Below, piece by piece: positions 40,203 to 50,577 of a stretch of DNA of 64,000 nucleotides. Source of the DNA: an uncultured Gammaproteobacteria bacterium (lineage in GTDB: Bacteria > Patescibacteriota > Patescibacteriia > VMEV01 > CAYQCH01); contig CAZDCG010000001.1 in the NCBI GenBank assembly GCA_964503955.1, positions 382,864 to 446,863 on the forward strand. The letters are read 5' to 3'. Each line of letters opens with the position of its first letter. Position 1 is the first letter of the stretch. Below the pieces are notes generated by a model. It saw nothing but the letters and a program-made list of their open reading frames with translations. It was not told the origin of the DNA and did not search any database. A program made the translations under genes and the position numbers.

Positions 40203-40560
40203 AAGAACCCCCTCATCAAGTCCATGACTCTAGACAGTTGATCCCTGTCCCCCTTTTCTAGGGGGAAGAAGTCGCTTCTCCCCTCTTGAAAAGAGGGGCT
40301 GTGAGAGACGTGGAGTAAAAATCAACATGCTTGGGGGAGTTCTGGGCTTGGTAATCCCTAATTTTATCCTCATCCTTATCTCTCATTACTCCCCAACTCC
40401 TCCACCTAATTCCTAAGTCCTAATTCTTTGAGCGGCTTTATGACATTAGCATCTTAAAGAATTAGGGGAAGGAATTAAGAATTAGGGAAATAAAAATACG
40501 CCCATGAATAGGCGCTGCTTTATTCGTAAATTTGTATTCGATTCGCACATTCGTACCCCC
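40203..40560. repeat. Composite cluster of palindromic intergenic repeats (families B, C and D)
   Basis: Contains cccccttttctaggggg / cccctcttgaaaagagggg hairpins, the cctaattcctaa...ttaggaattagg hairpin, and a copy of the groES-groEL spacer element ttcgtaaatttgtattcg. Confidence 0.65.
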
Positions 40561-40659
40561 ATCACTTCTCTATAAGTAACATCTGTTCCTTACAAAGAGG
40601 TGTTCTGCGCCGCGCTCCGGAAAGGAGGCGGCGCAGAAGCGCTCAAGGTTCTCGCGAAC

Positions 40660-41565
40660 CTAGAAGTCGCTGGCGATCTCGCGGTACTGCAGCAGCTCGT
40701 AGAGCATCCGCGTGACCTCGTCGAAGATCACCTGCGGGTTGTCGGCCGGATCGGTGAGCGGCGGAGCCATGAGGTAGGCAGGCTCCAACCCCTCCTTGAG
40801 GTAGTTCAGCATGCGGAAGAGCCGCTGGCAGGTGAAGACCTGCCGCACGCCGAAGGGCTGGTGGCTGACCAGAGCCAGCGGGGTGTCGCTGTCCCCCATG
40901 AAGTCGACGAGCGAGGCGATGGTCTCGTCGGCCCGGGCGGGCTTGCCGTCCGGCTGGTTGTGCGCGACCCGGAACATCAGGTCCAGGTGCGCCGGGAGGC
41001 TCAGCTTGAGCGCCGCGAACTTGGCGGCGTCGCGCTCGGTGCCGCCCACGGGCACGACACCGGACATGATCTCCTGCTCCTCCTTGTTGAGCGGACGCTC
41101 GCTGGTCAGGAAGAGCATGGAGCCCACCCCGTTGTTCAGGAACTTGATCGCGAAGCGGCCGCGGTGGACCATGGACTTCGCGGTCGAACCCAGGATCACG
41201 AGGAGGCGCTCCTGTCCGTCCTCGGGCATCCCGTGCGGCTCGAGCAGGCCGAGGCGGTCGAGCGCGGTCATGAGCTGCACGCGGTTGACCTCGCGGCCGG
41301 CCATCTCCCAGCGCGCCTGGCCGGGCTTGCGCTGCAGCGGCTGGGTCTGCTTGACCACGGCCGAGAGTTCGCGCGAGGCGAGATCCACGCCGAAGGCCTG
41401 GAAGAAGTCCAGGACCGGGTCGGTGACGATGTCGCCGGCCAGCCAGAGGTTGACATTTTCGCTGATCGAGAACGGCTTCACTCTACATTCCCCCTTTTCG
41501 GGTGATTCCAGGGCACCATGCCAAGGAAATCGTGGCATTTTCACTGATTTTTCACTCTTTGTCAA
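40660..41565 (-). CDS. Hypothetical protein encoded in the high-GC island
   Basis: 301-aa ORF with about 65% GC and strong GC3 bias. No confident family. Confidence 0.45.
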   Translation of the reverse strand: MTKSEKSVKMPRFPWHGALESPEKGECRVKPFSISENVNLWLAGDIVTDPVLDFFQAFGVDLASRELSAVVKQTQPLQRKPGQARWEMAGREVNRVQLMTALDRLGLLEPHGMPEDGQERLLVILGSTAKSMVHRGRFAIKFLNNGVGSMLFLTSERPLNKEEQEIMSGVVPVGGTERDAAKFAALKLSLPAHLDLMFRVAHNQPDGKPARADETIASLVDFMGDSDTPLALVSHQPFGVRQVFTCQRLFRMLNYLKEGLEPAYLMAPPLTDPADNPQVIFDEVTRMLYELLQYREIASDF

Positions 41566-41590
41566 ATCAATTCGGAATGAGTAAACAGAC

Positions 41591-41625
41591 TTGACAAAAC
41601 TGATCTTTTGTGATATTTTGAAACG
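41591..41625 (+). promoter_or_regulatory. Sigma70-like promoter for the island lipoprotein gene
   Basis: TTGACA, a 17-nt spacer, then TATTTT. AGAGGGGGGG lies 6 nt before the ATG at 41697. Confidence 0.45.
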
Positions 41626-41696
41626 TTAAACAAATACTCACTGTTCTCTCAAGCTTTTCTCATCCAGGTGCTCCACGCACAGAGGGGGGGTTCACC

Positions 41697-43502
41697 ATGT
41701 CGTTTGTCGCCAGCTTCTTTCGGTTCATTTCGCCGGTCCTCGTGGCCGGCATCCTGTCGATCTTCTGTGGGATGATGGTGCTGGGCTGCGCCAAGTCAGG
41801 CGGCCGTTCCGGCGGCGCGCCCATCAGCCCCGGCAACCCGCTCCCCAGCCCCGTGCCCCCGGCGCCGCAGGCGGACGACCACGGCGGCGATGCGGGCTCG
41901 GCTACCATCCTCACCCCCGGCACGGCCGTGACGGGGGAGATCGAGGAGCCGTATGACCGCGACATGTTCGCGGTCTGGGTCCAGGGCGGACAGACGGTGA
42001 CGTTCTCCGCGGATTCCACCAGCTCGATCGAGCTGTGGGTCCAGGAGAACGGGAACTGGACGAACTCCGCCCACGGCACCACGGCCAGCGTGCAGGCCAC
42101 GCCGACCAGCGACGGCTACATCTACTTCTACGTGGAGAACTACTCCTTCACCAACACGCCGGCGTACTCGGTCGTCGCCAGCCTCAGTGGGAACAGCACC
42201 GGCTTCAATGCCCAGGCGCTGCTGGTGAACACGGTCATGGACTGGAACAACCCGTCCAATCCGACCCGTGACACCACCCCCACCGAGCTGCTCGGCGTCT
42301 ACAAGATGGTCGCGCTCATGGACGAGACCGCGCTGCGGTCCTTCGTCCTGAACACGAGCCGGCCTCTGGACTTCGTCACGATCAACGTCTGGAATAACAA
42401 GACCGGACAGTCGGTGTCGAGGACGCTCTACGGTCCCGCCACGCGGTTCGAGTTCCGGGCATCCAGTCTGCTCGAGCTCGGCTACTGCGCCGCGGCTACC
42501 GACGAGCTCGCGATCCAGGTGATCACAGACAGCTCGCAGCTCGACGGCCAGGACGTGACTGCTTCGGTCGAGCGCATCAGCGTCTCGATCGGGAGCGGCA
42601 GCGAGGAGGACATGCTCAACAACCTCCCGCCCGCCGTCACCGTGCGCTACCGCGAACACTCGCGGCTCCAGCACACGGCGATCATGCCCCGCAGGGTCGA
42701 CGAGCGCAGCACCGATACCGTCTTCGCTGAGGTCGAGCTGGCCAATACCAGCGCGATCCACACCGCGAGCGTGTCGGAGATCAACTTCATCGACAACGGC
42801 AACAACACCGGAGTGAGCAACCTGCGCCTGGTCATCGACGGACAGACCGTCAACCTGACCGGCTCGGGCATCATCCGTGCCGACCTGTCGATGAGTCCGG
42901 TCGAGCTGAGCCCGGGCGAGGTCACGAGCTACCGCGTCCTCGCCGATACCATCGCCTCGGTCAACACCAACGTGTGGATCCAGGCGAACGGTGTGTCCAC
43001 CACCGTAGATCATGGCAGCCAAGACCTGACCATCTACGAGGGCGGCGCGCGCGACGCGTACGGCAACTTCGTCTGGTTCGGGGTCGAGTTCAACAAGGTC
43101 CTGACCATGACCCAGCGGGTCATCACCACGACCGGCCCCTTCAACGGACGTGATGTTTTCGCCGCCGACCTCATGTCAAGCGAAGATGTCAACATCCGCG
43201 GCGCCGTCTACACGCTGGTCAGCAACAACGCCCAGCTGGTCGGCGAGGTCCACCTCGTCTTCGACGGAACGAGCAAGGCGTCGACGCAGGAGAACGTCAA
43301 CAAGCTGGTCGAGCTGCCGTTCGGATGGCAGACCACCAGCTTCGAGCTCATCAGTGGCGTCTCCTACTCGTTCAACGTTCCGCTCCACCTGAACACCAAC
43401 CAGTCAGGCGACACCGTCCAGATGGTTCTGCACGCCATCCTGGACGACTGGGGGCGGGCTCACATGGTCCGCCAGACCGGGCCGTCTCACCTCGTGCAGT
43501 AG
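41697..43502 (+). CDS. Surface lipoprotein with a PPC-like (pre-peptidase C-terminal type) domain, encoded in the high-GC island
   Basis: Lipobox VLGC|AKSG and a Pro-rich linker. DHGGDAGSATILTPGTAVTGEIEEPYDRDMFAVWVQGGQTVTF looks PPC-like. High GC3. Confidence 0.55.
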   Translation: MSFVASFFRFISPVLVAGILSIFCGMMVLGCAKSGGRSGGAPISPGNPLPSPVPPAPQADDHGGDAGSATILTPGTAVTGEIEEPYDRDMFAVWVQGGQTVTFSADSTSSIELWVQENGNWTNSAHGTTASVQATPTSDGYIYFYVENYSFTNTPAYSVVASLSGNSTGFNAQALLVNTVMDWNNPSNPTRDTTPTELLGVYKMVALMDETALRSFVLNTSRPLDFVTINVWNNKTGQSVSRTLYGPATRFEFRASSLLELGYCAAATDELAIQVITDSSQLDGQDVTASVERISVSIGSGSEEDMLNNLPPAVTVRYREHSRLQHTAIMPRRVDERSTDTVFAEVELANTSAIHTASVSEINFIDNGNNTGVSNLRLVIDGQTVNLTGSGIIRADLSMSPVELSPGEVTSYRVLADTIASVNTNVWIQANGVSTTVDHGSQDLTIYEGGARDAYGNFVWFGVEFNKVLTMTQRVITTTGPFNGRDVFAADLMSSEDVNIRGAVYTLVSNNAQLVGEVHLVFDGTSKASTQENVNKLVELPFGWQTTSFELISGVSYSFNVPLHLNTNQSGDTVQMVLHAILDDWGRAHMVRQTGPSHLVQ

Positions 43503-43641
43503 ACTCCCGCTGAAACCGGCTCGATAGCCACAAGGTTTCTTCGGTGAACCAAGCACCCCCTTTCGAAAGCTTTACGCGAGTAGAAAGGGGGTCTTGTTGT
43601 TTTAGACCACCTGTTTTGTTCCACAATTTGATGACAGAAGC

Positions 43642-44727
43642 ATGGACAAGAGAATTTTCCATTCATATGGTTACCTATTGCCACGTCGGAGCGTACAAAA
43701 ACAAGCGAGGTGTTCTCTGAGCAAATGCAGGAAGTTTTTCCTGGCTGGCCTATTGTCTGTCATGCTGACGGGCTGCCACGATCACAACCATTCCCACGCG
43801 GCCGAGCGGCTGCTGATCACGGTCGACCGTGCTCCAGTCGCCACCATCCCCGAATCGGCCACTGCCCTGCTCGCGCGCTTTGACGCGACCGCCCTTGAAG
43901 AGCAAATGGCCGTGCACGAGATCCGGGTGCGGACAAGCCTTCCCACCTTCGGCGCGTTCATTACCACCGAGGAGGGGGTCGTGGGAGTCAGCCGGGAAGT
44001 TGATCCGTTCACCCAGTCTGATCCGCAGCAGGTGCGCAAGAATCTCAAGAAGCGCGTTCGCAACCTGCGTATCCTGCCGGTCGACGGGCGGACAGCCCTC
44101 TTTCGCATGGATCAGATCCGTGAAGTCCGTCAATTCAGCCTGTTCTTTAACACGCTTGGGCTCGATGACGAAGTGGTGAATTTTCAAATAACCCATATCG
44201 TCGTTTCATGGCGGGGAAAAGGCCGTGAACGCGACGGTGTGCGCGATTTGCAGTTCACGCTTCTTGTCACCGCGCCGCCCATCGTGCTCGCCGAAGCGAT
44301 CCAGCCGCTGCGCGTGCACGTTTCGCACGGAGCGCAGGAAATCCTTGCTGAAATGACACTCACCGAACTGTCCAATGAACATTCAGTGACGGTGCAGCTG
44401 GTGCAAGCCCGTCTTGATAGTCCATTGCCGACGATTTTCTACCTGACGGATTCGTTCGGGAATGTGCTGAGCCAGGGAATCTTCGACCCTGTTGATCCAA
44501 GAGCAATCTTCTTTGATCTGGGATTGGGAGGAATCTTAAGCATTGCTCCCGGGCAGGCCCGCCGCGTCTTCGTGATCGCGGATCTGACGCCCTTCCCAGG
44601 ACTCGACACACTGACGCTTGAAATCCCTCGCATCATTGTGGAGAACGACAATGGCGAGGTCGATGGCATCGACGGTCCCGTGGATCCGACCACGCGCAAT
44701 CTTGTCCAGTTCGTCAACGTGTTCTAA
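43642..44727 (+). CDS. Lipoprotein, tandem paralog A (C-terminus NLVQFVNVF)
   Basis: Lipobox LTGC. About 50% identity to the following gene over roughly 300 aa. Confidence 0.55.
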   Translation: MDKRIFHSYGYLLPRRSVQKQARCSLSKCRKFFLAGLLSVMLTGCHDHNHSHAAERLLITVDRAPVATIPESATALLARFDATALEEQMAVHEIRVRTSLPTFGAFITTEEGVVGVSREVDPFTQSDPQQVRKNLKKRVRNLRILPVDGRTALFRMDQIREVRQFSLFFNTLGLDDEVVNFQITHIVVSWRGKGRERDGVRDLQFTLLVTAPPIVLAEAIQPLRVHVSHGAQEILAEMTLTELSNEHSVTVQLVQARLDSPLPTIFYLTDSFGNVLSQGIFDPVDPRAIFFDLGLGGILSIAPGQARRVFVIADLTPFPGLDTLTLEIPRIIVENDNGEVDGIDGPVDPTTRNLVQFVNVF

Positions 44728-44899
44728 GACTAAGCCCCGTTCACCCTTTCACGAGGAAGAAGCGGGGCTTGCTGTTTATCGTCCAAAAATGGCGACGTTT
44801 TTCATGGAACAGTTGACGCGATCTCAGGCGAGCTCTAGCATAACTGATTGGCCCGATAACCGGGACAAACCATCAACCTACGATTTTGCGGAGGGATTG

Positions 44900-45928
44900 A
44901 TGCATCGACTCGTCCGTTCCTGGTGGGGTCGACAGCTGAAGCTGGTGCTCGGCTTCCACCTCTTCTTCATAGGCTGCGGGGATGAAAGACGCCATTTCTT
45001 CATCCTCAACGACGTGGTGCTCACCGTTGACCGAGCGCCCGTCGCGACGATCCAAGAAGCTCCTGCGGCACAGCTCGCCCGATTCGACGCGACCGCCCAG
45101 GCAGCCGACATTGTCATCACGCAGATGACCGTGCAGACCTCTCACCCCACGTACGGCGCTTTTATCACGACCAATGACGGCGTGGTAGGCAAGTCCATTC
45201 AGGTTGATCCGTTCACCGTGAACGATCCCGCTCAGTTCCAATTTTCCGTCCGGCAGTCGCTGCTCAACATTCAGCCGACAAATGGAAGGAACGCTCTGCT
45301 GCGGCTTGACCAGATCGGACAGGTCGAGCAAATGTCCTTGTTCTTCAACACGCTCGGCCTGGACGATGAGGTGGTGAATTTCCGCGTCCTCTCGATCACC
45401 GCCTCGAGCGCCTCATCTCCCCCAAAGGAGATCCCGCTTCCCGGGTTGAACTTCACCCTGCTCGTGACGGCCCCGCCTCTTGTCCTGGCTGAAGCCATCC
45501 AGCCGGTGCGCGTGCATGTTGCCCGCGGCGCGAGCGAAGTGCTGGCTGAAGTCGTCCTGACGGAGCTTTCCAACGAGCACAGCGTGGTACTCCAGCTCAT
45601 GGAAGCGCGCTTTGACAAGGCTTTGATCGGACTGAATCCTCGCCTGGTGGACAGTTTCGGCAATATCCTGGGTTTTGGGATCCTGGATCCGGACGATCCG
45701 CGAACGGTTTTTTTCGATCTCTCGACGGGCGGGGCGCTCTCTATCGCTCCCGGGCAGGCCAAGCGTGTCTTTGTGGCCGGAGATATGACGCTCTTTCCAA
45801 GCATCGACACGCTGACGCTTGAAATCCCCACCTTCATCTTCGAGAACGATAACGGAGAAACCGACAGCATCGACGGTCCGGTCGACCCCGCGACCAGGAA
45901 CCTGGTGCAATTCGTCAACGTGTTCTAA
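44900..45928 (+). CDS. Lipoprotein, tandem paralog B
   Basis: Start ATG at 44900 preceded by GGAGGG. Lipobox FFIGC|GDE. The C-terminus is identical to paralog A (RNLVQFVNVF). Confidence 0.55.
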   Translation: MHRLVRSWWGRQLKLVLGFHLFFIGCGDERRHFFILNDVVLTVDRAPVATIQEAPAAQLARFDATAQAADIVITQMTVQTSHPTYGAFITTNDGVVGKSIQVDPFTVNDPAQFQFSVRQSLLNIQPTNGRNALLRLDQIGQVEQMSLFFNTLGLDDEVVNFRVLSITASSASSPPKEIPLPGLNFTLLVTAPPLVLAEAIQPVRVHVARGASEVLAEVVLTELSNEHSVVLQLMEARFDKALIGLNPRLVDSFGNILGFGILDPDDPRTVFFDLSTGGALSIAPGQAKRVFVAGDMTLFPSIDTLTLEIPTFIFENDNGETDSIDGPVDPATRNLVQFVNVF

Positions 45929-46313
45929 CCGGTTCATCCACCGAGAACCCCGCTTTTCCTTCACCGGTCAGGCGGGGTTTTTGCTTCCATCTAGCGTCTA
46001 ATATCTCTATCTACCTCTAAATCTAAACACACTCTCTATCATTAACCTTCTCGATATTTAAGTACCTTTGCAATCTAGTCTCTAATCTTTGTGCCTATAT
46101 CTCTATCTCCATCTCCCCCTCCCAAACAAAAGAGCGCCCTCGCAATCGAGAACGCTCTTCGTGTTTACTTGTTTCTTGATTTTCTATCCTTTCCGAAGCA
46201 TCTGTTTGGATGAGACGCGAGAAAGGATTGAGAAGCGGAGCGATGCGTACCTATCGTACGGTGAGCGAGCATCGAAGATCCTGACGAAGCAGATCGCCAA
46301 ACAGATGCTTCGT

Positions 46314-48029
<1,716 letters not shown>

Positions 48030-48093
48030 TTACGAATATGCTGTGAAGCAGGTTTATTTGTAAATTTGTATCCGATCTGTGATTTGTACCCAA

Positions 48094-48387
48094 TTACTCA
48101 ATCACCGCCAAGACATCACTCTCAGCGATGATGAGGAATTCTTCTCCGTCGATTTTTACTTCATCGGGCGCGTACTTTTTGAAAATAACTTTGTCGCCCG
48201 CTTTAACGGACATTTCCAATCGAGTGCCGGATTCGGTCAATTTGCCAGGACCTGCGGTAATGACTTCGCCCTTTTCCGGACGTCCTTTATCAACCGTGTC
48301 AGGCAAAATGATGCCAGCCTTTGTAGCCTGTTCGTCTGAAATGGCTTTGACGATAAGATGATCGTGCAAAGGAGTGAGTTTTGCCAT
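48094..48387 (-). CDS. groS: Co-chaperonin GroES
   Basis: Start MAKLTPLHDHLIVK. 97 aa. Confidence 0.9.
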   Translation of the reverse strand: MAKLTPLHDHLIVKAISDEQATKAGIILPDTVDKGRPEKGEVITAGPGKLTESGTRLEMSVKAGDKVIFKKYAPDEVKIDGEEFLIIAESDVLAVIE

Positions 48388-48415
48388 AGAGATGAGCAAA
48401 GAATTAATGATCTCA

Positions 48416-48442
48416 TTAGCACTCTCCACAAAAGAGTGCTAG
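48416..48442 (-). promoter_or_regulatory. CIRCE operator (HrcA-binding inverted repeat) with an upstream sigma70-like promoter
   Basis: The minus strand reads CTAGCACTC-N9-GAGTGCTAA, a perfect 9-N9-9 CIRCE. TTGACA-N17-TTAATAT lies just upstream at 48447-48479. Confidence 0.85.
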
Positions 48443-48550
48443 CTGCTCTATATTAAGAAAAATCATTTCCCCGTGTCAAGAGAAAAGGAGGAAAAGAAGA
48501 CGGCCCTTTCTCCGCATGGAAGAAAAGGCCGTATGAGTTCCCCACTTTGT

Positions 48551-48886
48551 TCACGCGCCCCTATTGGAATCCCCCCGCTCAGGATCTTCAAAGATTTCAA
48601 ACTCGCTTTTGGTCAAAGGCTGTCTCAGTTGAAAGGATCCCAGGGTTTTATCGCCCGCTGGTTCCATGTGCCGGTTTTCCACCACCCCGTATTCGGACAG
48701 GATTCTCTCCAGTCCTTCCAGCAGACTCTCGGCTGAGTCAGCACCGTTCAGCACGAGGAGGAATTTCCCGGCAATACAATCGCCTATGCGCTGCACGCAG
48801 AGATTATCCACGCTCCCTTTCTTACAAAGAAACTCATCAATCTTTCTTTTCAGATCGGGAATGGAAAAGGCCTCGAAAGACCACAT
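48551..48886 (-). CDS. Hypothetical protein
   Basis: 111-aa ORF. Together with 49002-49229 it may be one disrupted gene. Confidence 0.35.
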   Translation of the reverse strand: MWSFEAFSIPDLKRKIDEFLCKKGSVDNLCVQRIGDCIAGKFLLVLNGADSAESLLEGLERILSEYGVVENRHMEPAGDKTLGSFQLRQPLTKSEFEIFEDPERGDSNRGA

Positions 48887-49155
48887 GCAAAAGATCCCTC
48901 CTGTTAAATTCCCTCCTTTGCCAAGGTACCATGCAGAGACAGAATCGCAAAAAGATCAGCATGGAAGACCGCTCCTCGTCCGTCTTGATTATCTGCATCG
49001 CTTACGGCTTAGCTCCGACGGAATCACCGCTACCGCTCCTCTCAGATTCTTTGGCGCAGAAAAAGGCTGACAATCTGTATCCGCCGCCCTGGATCACCGA
49101 TGTTTCATCCAGTGTCACTGCCACAGCCTCATATCCCTGTTCAAGCAGCCAGGCT

Positions 49156-50577
49156 TCAAACTGCGTTCGAAGATGCTCCATGTCCCCTCCTCTTTTGCAA
49201 ATCCAGCATGGTTGCAAGCATAAAACCAAGCAGCACCCCGGTCAATCCAAGCCCAAACCAAAGCGTCCACCAATGATGTTCAAAGTAGAACATCGTGAAG
49301 AGGGAGATCATCAGTGAAAGAGACAAAGCAGCTTCAATGCGGAATGCCGGCAATCGCTTCAGCCACAGCAGCGTCCGGTAGAAAAAGGCCACGGCCAATC
49401 CAAAAAGGCAGAGGCCCGCAAGCCCCAATTCCGCCCAGACAAGCAGCCAGACATTATGTACCGGCTGATACGCGTAAAGAGCCTGCCCAGGATGCTGGAT
49501 CATGGACTCGACCACATATTGCCCCGCTCCGCTGCCTCGCAAAGGGTGTTTTTCAATGATCAAGCGAGCCGTTTCGTTCAGATCCATCCGCTCCTGGGAT
49601 GACATCACCGCAAGCCGCGATTCTGACGCAATGCGCTGCGTCCAAAGCGGGCCAAAAATCAACTGAAAGACGCAAAGAATGATTCCGCCTGCAGCCATCA
49701 ACTTCAAAACCGGTACAAAAACCGTGCTCCACGTTTCTCCTTTGCGAGCGAATAAAACAAGCGCGGCAAATCCAACGGCAAAACCAAGCCACGCGCTCCG
49801 GCTGAAGGTAAGCAGCAATCCCGAAACGGTGAGCAGAAATGCCAGCAAAGAACCAATGGATTCAATGCGCAACTGCTTGAAAAAAGCATTCCCAGCTCCG
49901 CGCAAACGGCGATACACCGAAAAGTACCAGCCTGCGGCAATCAATGCGCAAAGGGATAAAAATCCGCCCAGGATATTTGGATGCGGAAGCGAACCATAGG
50001 CCCGCAGCCATCGCTCATCAGCTGATTCAATCACGGAAACGCCAAGCTCGCGCGGATCCTGCGCGGACATGCCAAGCCAGGTGCTGGCAGGTATTTCCTG
50101 CAGAAAAAATTGCCAGAGAGCAAGCAAGCTTTGCATGACTCCGGCCAGGAGCAGAACAAGCAGCATGGCGCGGATCGGAACGGAAACCGTCATTACCATA
50201 AGCGCGAGCAAAAGCGTTTGCATGACGCGCAGAGCAAAGATCAAGCCAAGGAATGGCTCGGGCGACCAAAGAAGGGAGAGAAAGAGGAAAACCAAAAAAA
50301 GGGAAAAACAGCAAAGCACAATGCGATGTGCTTTCGCCCAGTTAACAATGTCTGAAGCATGGCTTGCGATCCAGACAATAAGCAATAAAGCAAAGAGCAG
50401 GTCCGTGGCATACAATGAGAGTCCTCCGTAAAAAGGCGTTTCAAGGGAGTATTCAGAAAAAAGATAGCGAGCCTGCCAAGGAAGCAAAAAAAGATAAAGC
50501 AGGAACCCAAGACCAAACCATCGTCTCATACCTGATTCATTCCCCGAGAGCCTGGCGATGACGTTCTTCATAAGCAT
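49156..50577 (-). CDS. Polytopic membrane protein, O-antigen ligase/polymerase (Wzy_C)-like
   Basis: About 12 TM segments and a periplasmic loop with FSRSAWLG. Confidence 0.45.
   Translation of the reverse strand: MLMKNVIARLSGNESGMRRWFGLGFLLYLFLLPWQARYLFSEYSLETPFYGGLSLYATDLLFALLLIVWIASHASDIVNWAKAHRIVLCCFSLFLVFLFLSLLWSPEPFLGLIFALRVMQTLLLALMVMTVSVPIRAMLLVLLLAGVMQSLLALWQFFLQEIPASTWLGMSAQDPRELGVSVIESADERWLRAYGSLPHPNILGGFLSLCALIAAGWYFSVYRRLRGAGNAFFKQLRIESIGSLLAFLLTVSGLLLTFSRSAWLGFAVGFAALVLFARKGETWSTVFVPVLKLMAAGGIILCVFQLIFGPLWTQRIASESRLAVMSSQERMDLNETARLIIEKHPLRGSGAGQYVVESMIQHPGQALYAYQPVHNVWLLVWAELGLAGLCLFGLAVAFFYRTLLWLKRLPAFRIEAALSLSLMISLFTMFYFEHHWWTLWFGLGLTGVLLGFMLATMLDLQKRRGHGASSNAV

Noticed and set aside
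41796-43022. 408-aa minus-strand ORF inside the high-GC island
   Set aside because: Long antisense ORFs are expected in 65% GC DNA. The plus-strand ORF has a promoter, an RBS, a lipobox signal peptide and a recognisable PPC-like domain.
40600-45960. High-GC island as a pure contamination or chimeric-contig artefact
   Set aside because: This cannot be excluded from sequence alone. However, the left junction lies inside host-specific repeat clusters (families B, C and D), and the right side flows into the groEL 3' region without an obvious break. It is kept as a finding, with a coverage check advised.
49156-49229. Treating 49002-49229 as a confident separate gene
   Set aside because: It overlaps the 3' end of the 473-aa membrane-protein gene by about 70 nt and lacks an RBS. 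It is reported only as a possible fragment.
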